The notes under the pieces are model-generated. The model was not told where the DNA came from. It did not search any database and worked only from the letters and a program-made list of their open reading frames with translations. The position numbers and the translations under genes are program-made. A DNA stretch of 49,621 nt, filler included, from Sphacelaria rigidula (Eukaryota), in the NCBI GenBank assembly GCA_964200075.2. It is 3 parts of 3 records of this genome, joined end to end, with 100 filler letters (N's around TTAATTAATTAA, not from the genome) between each part and the next. Parts side by side here need not be neighbours in the genome. Positions count along the whole stretch, not along the records: positions 33,150 to 49,621 come from CAXNAA020001347.1; 2 more parts are not named here. One strand, written 5' to 3'. Shown here piece after piece: positions 34,301 to 47,500 of this stretch (position 1 is its first letter; every line of letters begins with the position of its first letter).

Positions 34301-37300
34301 TCACAATCGCCTCTCCACTTCCGCAAGTTCCTCCTTTATCTTGGCTCTAAGTGATGAAAGATCCAGTCCGCTTTTACGCTCGTCGGCGGTCACTTTCTTG
34401 AGCTGATTCTCCAGCAACTGGGAAGACAGATATACCAGGGGTAAAGAATGTGGCGCAGGATAATAAAAGCACGCTCAGGACGGAAGAGGTGGGCAGGGGG
34501 ACGGGAAGAAGTTGTTTCGAACGCAGACTGGGTATGCCGATGGTGGAGAGGCAACTGTGACCGCCGTGATTGTCAGACCTCGAACACATATTCAGGTGGT
34601 GAGGGCTCCCGGGCAGGAAAGTACCGGAAACTGGACGTACGGATCAAAGTTTCGAGGAACTCACATGGTGAGAAGAAAACGAGCTTGAATCAACAATGTG
34701 CAAGGCGTCAGCGAAACTACGCCCCCATAAATATGCGGATCACCTCGAAATACCCCGGAATGGATATCATAATTGGAAGGCAACCCCACTCGCGGCCACG
34801 TAGCTACGGTGTACCTGGGTACGGAATCACACCCCGTACCTGCTCGCCAAGAGGACGGCGAAGGACACTCTGTTTTTCAGGGTATCTTGCCAACATTTGC
34901 GACAGTACGTGGCGGCGAATAGTTGCACACGACAGGAGCATTTCATAAGATAATCCAGGTACGGTATGCTACACCGAAATCGCCTAGGAAATAAGCGCAA
35001 GCTTGCGGTAGCACCCTGACTGACCTTTTTGGTTTCAAGCAAATCCTTCCTGGTCGCCCAGGCCCCGGCGATAACACCTTTGCCCGCGGCCTCATCGCTT
35101 TCCCTTCGATGTAGAGCGTGCTGAGGTAAGCGAGCGAGGGAAAGGAAACAAGACAATTGAAAAACAACAAACGCGAACTCGAAAGTGTATCGCGACGCTG
35201 CTCGAGAGGTGAGGCAACCTCGAAAATAATCTCGAAAACAAATGTCGGTATATACGACACAACGACAGCCCATCGGGCAGGAAAATTCAGGGGGATGACA
35301 GCTTCTCCTCGGCACTTGTCCCTCAGCCTTCCGAGAAGGATGGGGTGCTGACAGGGGGCATTTGCCGGCGGAGACGACCCGAGAGGACAGGATGTAGAGC
35401 GCACGCTCGTGTTCCTTGTTTCATCTCGTTGATCCTCCGCATAATTGCAGGAGACAGAGCGCACGTTTGTCCTCGATTACTCATTGTTTTTCTCACTTAC
35501 ACCATCTGTACAAAACGCTAGACGGTCGACCGACATGTTCACTCGTTGTCTGTCGCAATGAATTGAGTTACCCTATCAACCAACGATTACTTACAAGATG
35601 AAAAAGCGGCACGCAGTTTTCTGATTGGCCCAAGAAAAAAAGTCGGGAAATCTGATTGACCGACATTCGTTGATCAGCGGCTGACGTCATCCACGGCGCA
35701 CCTACCTAGCCGGTACATGGAAAATTCAACACCACCCGCATAACGCACTCCACCCATTCCCAATCAAAACGCGATGCCCAACCATGTAAGGGATCGAAAC
35801 TGCATATAATACCGAATGGGTCGCAGCTTCCTACCGGTAAAAGACGCACAGTTCACGTCGGAAAAACGGAGACAGTACACGCGTGTGGGAGTCAAAACCC
35901 ACTGTACACCAGCGGTAGCGGCAGCGCTCGTACGATCAAATTGACTACGAGTCTCCCCCGACTGCATCAACCTGCCATGCATGTACAGCCCACGCAACTC
36001 AGGAAAGCTCCCCCCGCGTAGTCAATTCCTGGACGAGTCACAATGCCAGCTCAACACCAGACCACCTTCGCAAAAAAATGGTCTGCGGTATGCCTCGGCT
36101 CAACCACTGGTTCTAGCAACGAGCACGATGTAAAAATCCACTGTTTATCAACATTACGAGTGCGATACGTCAAATATTCCGCCATTTCAACCTCCCCCCT
36201 TGCGCCGGCCATATCTCCCTTCGCACCCGCATATTTTTCTTGGGCACAAACTCGCGGATCCCACACGCGCCACACCTGGCGCCTTCACAAGTAGCCATCC
36301 TCATGGGCGCCGCCACCCACCATAACAACGGACCACTCACAGAGCTCAACAATTCAACACAGTGTGCATGCTTTCCCCCTCATTGGCAACCGTCCACGTG
36401 TCTCGCTCGAGTTTGCTTTAGACGCCTCCGTGTCTCGTTTTTCGGAAGTCCGCGCGTCTCGCTTGTCGTGTTCACGCCCAATGGTCATACCTTGGCGGCT
36501 GCCTCTGGGCTGAGAGCGGCCTCTTCGTTCAACTCTTTCTCCAGGTGGTCGCGCATGACTGCCAGCGTCAGAGGGGTTTCGTCGGCCGCAGCTTTAACCA
36601 CCTTCCAACAAGGCAGCAAAAATGCCACAGTACAGCGAACGGGTCGAGGTAGGCATCAACGAACAATAACATACCACCATAATGGCGAGGCATTTGAAAA
36701 AATACTTCGTATAACAATGACGGTGACGATGTAGTCGTCGGCGCAGTCACATGCGCGATCCAGTGCCACGCGTTCGGTGATGAAGGGGCGTGCATTGTAA
36801 CAACCTAAAATCGCACAAAGGCTTTGCCCTGAACGTTTCGCCTGGGGGCTCAAACAGGCGAGTACATATGGACGTGCCAAGTGAGCCGACTGAAAACTGC
36901 ACCACAACTTAACAAAGCCCGCAGACACAGTGTTCGGTTTTGAAGGCCAAGGCATGATAATCCATGCAAAAACACAAAACGTCGAGTAGCACGCACGCAA
37001 TCCTCGGAGAAAAAGCCTGGCGGGAACAAATGTACATAGGAACGGTAAGATGTGAAACTCATAACTCAACGTGAAAATCTGAAAAAAATAACTCGTGTCG
37101 GATATACCATGCGGCTTGAAATTCTGATGGAACACCACAAAGGAATGTCGAGATAGCCTGCAACACTGTCCAAGCGATAGCTTGGGCATATTGTACTACT
37201 GTAAGCGAAACGGAACAACCTTTACTGGTAGCCATCCCTTCACGTCCATCTCGATGGCATAAGACACCTGTCCATACACACAACAGTGCAGAGCACGGGA

Positions 37301-40300
37301 AGAGGGAGGGGGGGGGGACAAACACGGGCGTCGCGGCATGTAGCGCTGAAGCACAACTGGCGGAGGTACGGACTGCAGCAGAGAACGTCGAGGTCGTGCG
37401 TACAAGGGTATTTTCCTGCATGATACCCTCCCCTGGTACGTTATCCGTCTTCAGCTCGAAACCCAATCGGACAGTAGATAGCTTGAAAGTCGAGTATGCT
37501 CGGGAATAGGGGTCATGGGACGCGAGGCGAAGTACAGCATGTGGCACCACTTAAGCGGTACGCCTACGTGGCTTGAGATCTATCCGAGTGTTAACATGTA
37601 CCCTGGCACTCGAACCATGAATGCGGATTTTGATAGCGGACTATCCTAATCTGTTGTACGGATTTAGATAGATGTATTTTGGTACATGGTTCCGGATATA
37701 CACTACCGGGAACACATGTCTGACCTTCGTGGTGATGGGGTCGACAGGTTCTAGCAGGAGAAGAGAGTTCACGTCTCCGCGCGTGCTTGCCTTGTTGAGT
37801 GGTACGCCATCCGGGTTATTGGCCTACACACACGGTGGGAGCGAAGACACAAACAACATCATGAGGGGACACCCTGTCCGTGCACCGCCTGCCTTCAGTC
37901 ACCGAGACCGTGCAAAGCTTCGATGCTGGTGAAACACAACACAATGACATGGACCAGCGCCGATTCCATGCGGAGTCATCGACACACACAAACATTACCA
38001 GCCTTCACTTACTGCACCGTCTATTTGGTCAGTCTGCGTCGGGGCGGTACTGTCGGATTTGCGTGAGTGCGCACCTTGCCGTGCCGACTGTCTTTAGCGC
38101 ATATCTGTCAGCCACACCTGAACGAAGAGCACACTTCCAGCCTTCGCCCCGACCATCTCCGGTGGCGCCCTGGTGAAAGCGGAGGCAAGATCGGCCGAGG
38201 TATTCAAGAGCGTTGGGAGTTGGAAGGGGGGGTCTTTAGCTCATTTTCGTCAAACTTTCTCGCCAACTGACCATGTTGGGATGAGTTTCACTCGAGACGG
38301 AGGGCATGGCAATGATAGCAAGGCTGCCATACGGGGCCACGATACGTTCAAGTGTTGCACCGTACGGTTGGCAGCCTGTTTCGGCTAGTGCGCACCTTGA
38401 TCTAATCCCGGAAACTGTACGTGGAAACTGAAAACAAAAAATAATCACGAAACGTTTCGTCAGGTTCTTTCTCGACAACGAACCTGCTCCCGGGAACGTC
38501 TCTATACACAAGTACCTTCAGGATACCCGAGAAACTTAACGCTACGGTACTCTCCGACAGCCAAGGTGCACTTGGGGGATGTCAAAAGGGGAGCGGCTGA
38601 GATAGATTCGAACCTGTACATGACGTAGCAAAAATCCCTGGATGAAACGAGGCCTCCCTTCTTGGGCTTTCCCTGAAGGTATACCAATCGCTGGGTTGTG
38701 TCCAGCGCCCGCACCATTTCTGAGTTTTGTGTGTTAACCGAATCCCATTCCTGCAACAGAAGAAACAAACGCGCAGGAAGTAGCGACGGTAAAATCAACT
38801 TCGGACCGCAGCTGCCTGCGCACGGGATAATCCTTGACATGCTACTGGAGAGGTGTTGTTGTACATTCGGGGACGCAACGCACCACACATCACATATCAG
38901 TACACGAAACACCGCCGCGCCTCGATGGTGAAGCTGGAATATGATCAAGAGTCTGGGCGGATTTTGTGGGTTCGGAACAGTAGAGTGTTGTCTGGCTTCA
39001 GTAGCCCGGCAGCGCGGTAATGAAGGTTGGCAAAATAACTCGACAAAAATTCGACGGCCTGCGGGAGTGGTCATCATCCAATGTCCGGTAAAAGACGTGA
39101 AAAGGCAAGTATCGGGGGAAGCGCGGGTTGACCCCAGGAGACGATTACACCCACCCACCCCCAAGCAGGAGAGGAGAAAGGTTCAGTTATAATCAGTAGA
39201 AATTCAAAATATCAACCGAACTGTTTGACCATGGTAACCGGCAGTGCGACTCAAGACATCAGTCGGGGCTAAGGACGGTATCGCCCTCTGCATGGCGTGC
39301 CCCAGGAATCAATGGCTTCAACCACAAGACCTTCGACATCGCTCAGTAGAGTACACGACACAGCTGCAGATAAGTTGTCACATAACATGAGCGATTGACA
39401 CGAACTAGTGCGGTATGCTCAGACGTCAAACACTTCCAGACACCTGAGTGACTGACAAACAATAACTCTACATCAATTACCAAGGAATAAGGTGTACGAG
39501 AAAACCCTTCCCGGAAAAACCGAGGGCTTCTCGGAATGAGGTCATCACCAAGCCTCAAATCATATTCGACGCAACCACGAAATATAGGACGATCGGATAA
39601 AGCCCTAAGGGTGTGCAGTGATTCAGAGTGCAGGGATCTGACAGCAGGTGCCCATGTGTTCCCTCGGGCTTTCATATGACTTGCCTTGCGTCTACCGGCC
39701 TGCCACCAGCACAGAGCCACCTCGTCTACGGGAGCCTTAATAATCGTCTGCGCCGCACGAACGACAGGTAGACCGCCCGCAGCCTTATGCGCAGCTTCGT
39801 CGCGTATCCCGTATATCTGAATTTCGGATGCATCCAAGGCACACGGGTAACAAGTGCGTGCAGTTAGTGTCGAACAATCGTCTTCATTCTTCAATTTGAT
39901 GATACGCTAGCATCAAGCAGTTCGGCAATCCGTGCTGGACGAGAGCAGAACCGCGCACGGGAGAAATGTTGCCTGCACAAAGATGTATGGAAGAGGAGCA
40001 GCACACAGCCTCCGGCATACTGGTGTACATAGATGCGGCGATTCGAGTTCCATGAACAAAGGGGTAACGCCCAGTAAAGAGGTGTCTTGAGGTTTTCGAC
40101 ACTTTAAGGGTATCGTGTTAGGCAAGAAGAGTTGTGCTTGCACCTACTGGTTCTTGTTCCTCACGGATCAGGGTAGTGTGTCTTGTGCTAGCGTGTGTTG
40201 TGTTTTGGGTGGGCGCGGGAAGTATACTTCGAGGGGTGTTGTTTACGACAAGATAGCAGAACCATTCAAACGTGCACGTGGACAATTCAAGATCTATTAC

Positions 40301-43300
40301 GTGTGACGTTTTGACGACGTGTCTAAGGCGACACGAGAGCATTTTGACGTAGATGGTGATTGTGTCGAACGAATTTGTCAATTTCACAGTAGACGGCAAG
40401 ATGCAGAACAGTGGCCAGAACGAGCTACAGAAGTGGTCAGGATCCGCGATCTGAGGCTGGCTCATTGTGTTCACGAAGGGCAGTAGGCACGACCAAGCCC
40501 CTCCCTGTAGTTTTGAGGCCCTTAAGGATACGGGACGCCTCGGCTGAACTACGCCGAAACGTTGTAGTAATGCTCAACACCATCCCGTTCGTCGTCTACG
40601 ATTTCCCCTGCAGTATATGCGTATGACAGAAGAAACACTGTCTGTTTTCAGCAAGAAAAGCGAGTCAAATCCAGGTATTTTGACGATGAAATTCTGTACA
40701 CTACTGTTTCCTAAATGGATCCGAAAATTGCAACACGCAACTTTTCCTGCTCCACCCCCCGAAAAAACACGGAAGACGTATGAGGATGTACCCTTCGCTC
40801 GCCGGTTACCAGCGCCATGAATAACAAACGGTTCTCAAGCAGTTCACCGGCGGACCAAATGACACCACCTTGCACGCAAGTGCAAATGAACCGCGCTCAC
40901 CACCCTAAAAGAGTGCTTGCGATGACAGTGACAGCACTGTGATTTCGCACCTTTACTCTTTCAGTTTCCTTGCGAAGACTAAGCGCATCACTCAGGTCCA
41001 TGGCTTTCACGTACAAGCCAAGCCGCTGAGCTACTTCCTGCCAACCACAAAACAAGAATGGGGTTCGAAAGGCGGGGTTAAAAAGAGGGCATGCCGGTCG
41101 GTCCCACAAACTTTTTTACACCAGCGGCGTGTATATGATGCGTACTCCATTGCAGAAAAAAACTGTCGCATACCTTCAAGGGTACCGATGGATGAATAAA
41201 AAGCTGTTTCTCGTCCGAAAAAAACAGGTGGTTCTCCGTGCACGCTTGAAAATATCGAGTATTGGTTGGTAAAGGGAGCTTATTTTTCGCCTATTTACTT
41301 GAGTTCGGTATCGAAACCAACCCAGAATTTCCCGGGAAAAAAATCCGCACCGAAAATAAGCACATCAGAGGCACGAACTTGTCTTCTGTAGGTGCACAGT
41401 ACGGTCGGTAGCCAGATAGAAGAGCTTCAAGAGTGCCAACAGCACGGCGCTATCGAGGCTACTGCCTATCCGCATCAAGAGGTATTGAACGAACTAGTAT
41501 TGTGCGTACAACGCTTTTAGCGCCCATTGGTACTTAAGCGGTCTTTATCAAGGTGTGGAGTTGCTCTATTTTTTGGATCATTGTAAACATCTTGTTCCCG
41601 CTGAGTTTGATCAGGCATCGTCGTATCACACGAGATATACGGCATAAAACACGAGGTACGAAATGTTGCACCGGTAAACTCGGAAGTTACGACAGAGCCA
41701 GTACTCTGGAAATGGCGGCAGATATTGTCCACGTGTACTTTTCATCCGTGTGTATTGTGCAGTCCTCTCCGTGTCTACATGATGACTATGACCGTCGCTA
41801 CTGATCCGTGAACTTACCAAGGACATGAAAGTATCACATCAATGGCCTATACGCCTCTGACGTGATGGGTTTTTGGTACCCGCAAAGTTGTAACCCGGCG
41901 GTGGTTTCCAGGGGAGGGCGGGTTACGTACCCCAGTGTACTGCCGGTACTGGTATAATGCCAAAAATGGCTCAAAACTTATCGCTCCGATAGAGTACATA
42001 CGGGTGACAAAACACCGTATTCTACGGTACTGAAGTGCAGTACAGTTCCACGTAGAGCATGCCGAGAACTACATTTACCGTGGTGTCGCAGGAAGGTGCA
42101 GATATTTCCGATTACCGCATTGCCCGGAACCATTGTTGTATTTTACCATACCGCAGCCGCCCATCCCCTCATCGCATCGTATCGCAGTTTGGGAACTCGC
42201 ATACCGTGTTGCCGCGCGATGCGATACCATACCGCGATGAAACCTACCATCCCCTTCGTGCCATACTAGGCGTACCTAACACCTTATCCCACAGTGATAC
42301 CGAGAAAATCAGGTACTGTACCTTGCAATCGTTTTGCATGCACTGCTCCCCAGGACAGTCCTCGTTATTCTAGGCTCAAAAGGGTACACACGCACCACAC
42401 CTCAAAGTCCCTGTTTAGCGCCATGCACCGTACCGGAGGATCGACGTAAACTCGACGATATACCAAAATGCCAATACTTTCCGAATAATTTCCTCGACAA
42501 CGGCGGCATTACAGTACGGTGTACAGCGTGCCACCTCGGGGGTGTTTCCTACATTACGGTTCTACATACAGATGTCCCCCCTGGTGCTTTTGCGAACGCA
42601 GGTGGCATAAGTGCCGTGCCTACCGATGCGCGCCGCACTGCGCTCTACCAGCGCAGGTCTCGATGGCGGTGCTCACGCTGGCGAAAAATGTTTCTCGAAC
42701 ATCCAATGAGAACATCCCGTCGCAAGATTCCGACGTCATACAACTGGATCTTTTCTCGTATCGCGGAACTGCTTGACGGTAACTGGAGGCATGGACAACT
42801 GATTGGCTGCGGAGGGGGCGGGACAGTGTAATACTCGGACACCTCGTATACCGTATACTTGTATCTACCGCGACGTCATTCTCCAACACAACAGGATATC
42901 TTCTGGCTTTGCTGGGCTTGTTGATAAGAAAAGTAGGTGTGGGAAACTCGTAGCCTGCGGGTGGTGCGGGGTGGTGCAACACTTCTCTACTTTCGGTGCT
43001 GTCCATATGGCACAGCATTTCGTGAGCAAAGCTTTCCGAACGTTCGAGCCGCTTCCCCCACACGACTACCGCGAGGCGGTCTAGCCGAACCTCCGTGTAC
43101 TCGTCACACGAACCCGTTCGCGGGGTAAGTGTTGAGGTTTCCTCCTTCCTTCAAGGGAAAAAGAAAAAACGTCTTTCGTGAACCATGACATGCGAAAGTG
43201 GCGACTAGAGTTTTTTCTCACCTTGAGCGCAGCGGGCGCAACCACCGGTGCCTCGCACAAAGTGTACTGCTGACCGGCATAGGTATTGCCGTAGCCGTAC

Positions 43301-44215
43301 CAGCAGGCGCCGGCGCCGCCTGCCACGGCTGGGTGCGTGGTTCAATATCAAACGGAACAAGCAGCCGATGGTTGCAATCGGGATTCAAGCTTCCAACAGG
43401 CTGTGGTCTGACACAGTATTAGGCCGTGCCTTATCAAATTGTTTTCGTGTCGAAAATGTGCAGCCGAATCGAACTTGTTCGTATCTGATGCGCTCCACGT
43501 TGTTTATTTTCTGAGATGGTTCAGAACATGAATGCCGTCGGCGCACCAGGCGCGAGCGAACTCGATTCCATCGCACGTTTTTGAGTCGAAAACAATTTGA
43601 TGAGATACGAGTAGTAGCATCCAGCATCATTACACGATGTTCAAGCCTCGTGTTGTCTGATGTTGCTCCACGACCAAGATAAGCAGACAGAGGAATACCA
43701 TCTGCGTGCTGCAACAGCACTACCGCCTGTTTCGTCTTCGTGCTTGCCAGAGTTCAGAGTTCGTCACTCCTGTAGTAGACTTCGCCCATCACAGCCTAAC
43801 TGAGCCCTGCGCTGCCTGTTTTGAACCGTGAGTCGGGGGCGCCTGTCCTGAGCCCAACGAATTTCCTATGAATTTTCCATTGTGAACAATGTTTGGTTTG
43901 GGGATGGATCGTCCAATTTCCCTACACTTGTAACGAACGATGCTGTCGACTGCAGTTTCCAATTTGACAAATGAGATGATTGCGCATAGATCAGACATAG
44001 CATGGCACACTGAACAAAGTAAAGCAAAGGCAAGCGCAAAGTACAGTGAGAATAGCAATTCAGTTCAGCGCGAGTAAAGCCCTCGCCGGGGTTCCGCTTC
44101 GGCGACCGGACAACAGAGTACAACTTCTGTAAACATATCACATCAACCGCTTCATTCGACGCTTACCGAGGGCAGCTACAGGTCGCCTACTGGCGGTACC
44201 GAAGCGCTGAAGCAT
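34301..44215 (-). CDS. START (lipid-binding) domain protein with mitochondrial-type N-terminus and C-terminal coiled coil, 11 exons, ~344 aa
   Basis: Phase-consistent exons: 44215-44167, 43328-43222, 41037-40951, 39816-39685, 38750-38614, 38169-38118, 37823-37725, 37267-37220, 36601-36491, 35120-35025, 34417-34301 (1035 nt, ATG to TGA). START hallmarks are RRKEWDSV, LVSSRDFCYV, STRGDV and EMDVKGWLPVKVV. Confidence 0.85.
43425..43609. repeat. Imperfect ~185-nt hairpin (MITE remnant or pre-miRNA-like) in intron 1 of the START gene
   Basis: atcaaattgttttcg...ttctga [gatggt] tcagaa...cgaaaacaatttgat. Arms of ~85 nt with scattered mismatches. Confidence 0.7.
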
Positions 44216-44554
44216 CTTTCTTTCCCCTTTTATCTTTCACTGATAGAATTTCTACGGTTTTTTGAAGCGTCTGCGCTTGTCGTCAAGGGCACCGCCAGCA
44301 GGAAGGGAAGAAGTAGCAAACTGCAACATCAACACCTTGATCGCCCCCGTGCCGTTTCGGACATTGAAGCCGTTATTGTTCCGAAAACCTCACTTTTTGA
44401 TTGACATCGCACAATATTTATCATACTCCAAATGGAACATGACGACTGAATTGTCTGGTCGGCTACGCACTCCCAGCTCTGCTCTGCGCAATCACGTCCG
44501 TGAAAGCCAGCGCCCGTGCTTAGCTTTGTGGAGGAGATCGGACGAGCTCTCATC
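44216..44554. promoter_or_regulatory. Probable bidirectional promoter / 5' UTR region between the START gene and CCT1
   Basis: Divergent ATGs at 44215 (-) and 44555 (+), with only 339 bp between them in an otherwise repeat-rich, gene-sparse region. Confidence 0.6.
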
Positions 44555-47500
44555 ATGTCCAGTGTAGGGCTTGCGCTTGGTGGAAACCGGACTTCAGGAC
44601 AGGTACGTGAATGCAACGAAATATTTTCTTTTCGGCTGTGGTGTCCAAACCTGTCTGGACCGCGCGCCAGTAATCCGAACTTGAAATCAAATAGGCGGCT
44701 GTTGCCATGGTGCGTTGAGCTAGCGCAAATATCCAAAGCTAAGTATTAGTGCTCAACGTTAGCAAACACGACATTCTCGTCGGTGCACACTGTTTCCAGG
44801 TGGGGTCGGTGCCAATCTTGTGGGATCCGTGCGCGTCTATCAGTGTTGTTTACCGGGTGAACTGCAGGGGTGGTATCTTGCGTGGTGTTTGTTCGAGAGG
44901 AGCGGCTGCAGATGTCAAACCTCTGCACTCTGCGTTACACTGATGTACTGTGCGGTATAACTACTGCACCATGCTGTACTGTAACCACACTTTTGCTGCC
45001 TGCACTACAGCGGGTGTTGATACATTCTTGCGGTGAGCAGGAAAAGAAATTCCATCGGTGGTTATTTGAGGTCAATATCATAACCCCGTTCTGCGTAGCG
45101 TACCTGGCTTGCAAATTTTGTACCCCACGTACCGCGAGCCTGGAGTCCGCCGGCAGCACAAAGAGCTACAACACTATGCCGTAGTTGGGACGAGGATGCA
45201 AGCGCAGATTGCCCAGTGAAAACCTGTGGCGAGTGATAGCACGTTGGCAGCCGGGGACTGCTGGGTGCTACCTAGAGCTGCAAAATGCCCTTGCACCATC
45301 CTTATTTGTAGCGCCTCGCTCCGATATCCGGGCCGGTTTCATACAAGAACACAGTATGGTGCCGTCGGGTATGGCGCGGTGGACGAGGGTCTGGCTATCT
45401 GTACGAGCAAATCCAACCTCACTGGCACCACCTCGCCTTATTATAGTTCCCTCCAATCCTCTGACTCCATGGTCTCTCCACACGCACTCTGAATATTATT
45501 GTGCTCTCTCAGGATGTTCGAACGCAAAATGTGACGGCAGCGACGGCAATCGCCAACATTGTCAAATCGTCCTTGGGGCCCGTCGGGTTGGACAAAATGC
45601 TCGTCGATGAGGTGGGTCATGGATTAAGATTTTTTGTGCTCATTCTTCTGAAGACCGCGGGTTTCACTTTGACTTGAATATTGCCGTGCAAACAACACGT
45701 TTCGAGCGAAACGGGGCACGAGATAGTTGGCACTTGGAATGTCGTAGAACACGTACATGCCTATCCTCTGACAGTCGGGTCGGAGGTACAAGAGCTTGAC
45801 CGAAGCAGCCACGGGATTGCTCCGAGTTTTGCACCAGTGTAGGGTAATGGGTTGGGAGCACACCACTGCTTCGAAATCTGTGCCGCTTTCCTGGCACTGC
45901 ACAATTTTCACCAATGAACCCTTGCACACCGTGGGGTGGTACTTTTAAAACACATGTGTCCCGTTACCTCACAACCGTAGGCTCGCGAACTCTAATCCTA
46001 CTTGAGCCCACTTCTCTTCCACTGCTGCCCGCTTACATATATTCTTGTCGTAAAGGTGGGAGACGTTACAATTACCAACGACGGGGCCACGATTCTTAAA
46101 CAGTTGGACGTGGAGCACCCTGCGGCCAAGGTTCTCGTCGAGTTGGCTGATCTTCAGGACCAAGAGGTGATGGACTTTGTCGCCACGGGGTTGTACTCTG
46201 CTGCGAGGACTTGGCGTTTTACATCGCGAATGCGGCAGATCCTTGCTGTTATCCAACGTCGGTGCAGTGTTCACAATCTTGTGCTGTGCTTCTACACACT
46301 TTCTGCTTTGTACTCCGGTTTCATGTGCGTTTATTATTTGTATTGATTTTTCCCCGCTGCCCCCTCTTCCTTGTTTTTCAAACATTATTCTGCTTTGGTT
46401 TTATGTTTCAACTCTGTTTTGTGTCTCACCCCTGCAGAGTCCGTGGGTGACACTTCATACTCCAATAGTGTGGTTCTTAAATTCTTTACACTACAGTTTT
46501 GTGTTTTATTGTTTTTTTCGCACACCCCCGTTACCTGAAGCCATGCTGCAGGGAACGGCCATGTTTTGTTCGTTGTTTTGTGTTTCTTGTTTTTTGTCAT
46601 CATTTTTGTCATCTCAGCGGGACCTGCTTTTTTTTGGAGTATTACACTCTTTTCCCTTCCTTTCCATTATTCTATTCTTTTTTTTTTTCTCTCGTTTTTG
46701 TTCAGTTTACTTCGTATGTCCTATCTTTGTTCCCCCCCCCTTTTCGAGTTGCCTTCGACGATTGTTGTGTTTTTTTTTCACCTTCGGTACGTCTATGTTT
46801 TGGATAATGACCACGCCTGGATCATGACTACCTCGGGGATCAATTGATATGCGATAATCAATCAATCAATCAATCGAGTGTGCTCCCGATCGGGCCGATG
46901 AAACGCGATGACGTGAACATATGCTTCCAAAACTTGAAACTCGCTCAACACAAGTCTCTGAAATCCCACAAGTGATTCCTTCGGCACCACAGATTCCGGC
47001 TGGCCCAAGTGTGCAGTTCCCTCGTGATTCGTGCCTATGGACTAAATATTTTCAGCAAGCGCAAAAAGTGCTGAGTGTGATGAACAGCCACTGGTTGCAG
47101 TCCCTGGCTCGGGCATGATTCCGCCCCGTTCCCTGTTGAAAAGTCGAGTATAATCGTGAACACGCGCTCAGGTGCAATCTCGACTTTGCGCTTATGACGT
47201 AGCGGTGCTGAGCATCACCCCGTCAAAGCAGTTTCAGGAAGTGCACCGTGCTTCACTGTCAGTTGCTTCTCGACGCTGGCGAAAAACACTCCTTTGTTTC
47301 CCCGACCTCTCTCTCCGAGTTTCAGGAATCTCTGTTGGAAGCACCCTTTGCTAGTGTTCCTATCTTCGCCCTGAGCGAAATACTCAACTGTCTCGCTATT
47401 CCCACTGTCGTTTTATGTGGATGTCGGCATACACTCAGGTTGGGGACGGGACAACCTCGGTGGTCATTGTGGCGGCAGAGCTATTGAAGCGGGCGAACGA

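Noticed and set aside
46177-46847. 216-aa hydrophobic ORF and its neighbours
   Set aside because: They lie inside CCT1 intron 3 and result from T-rich low complexity.
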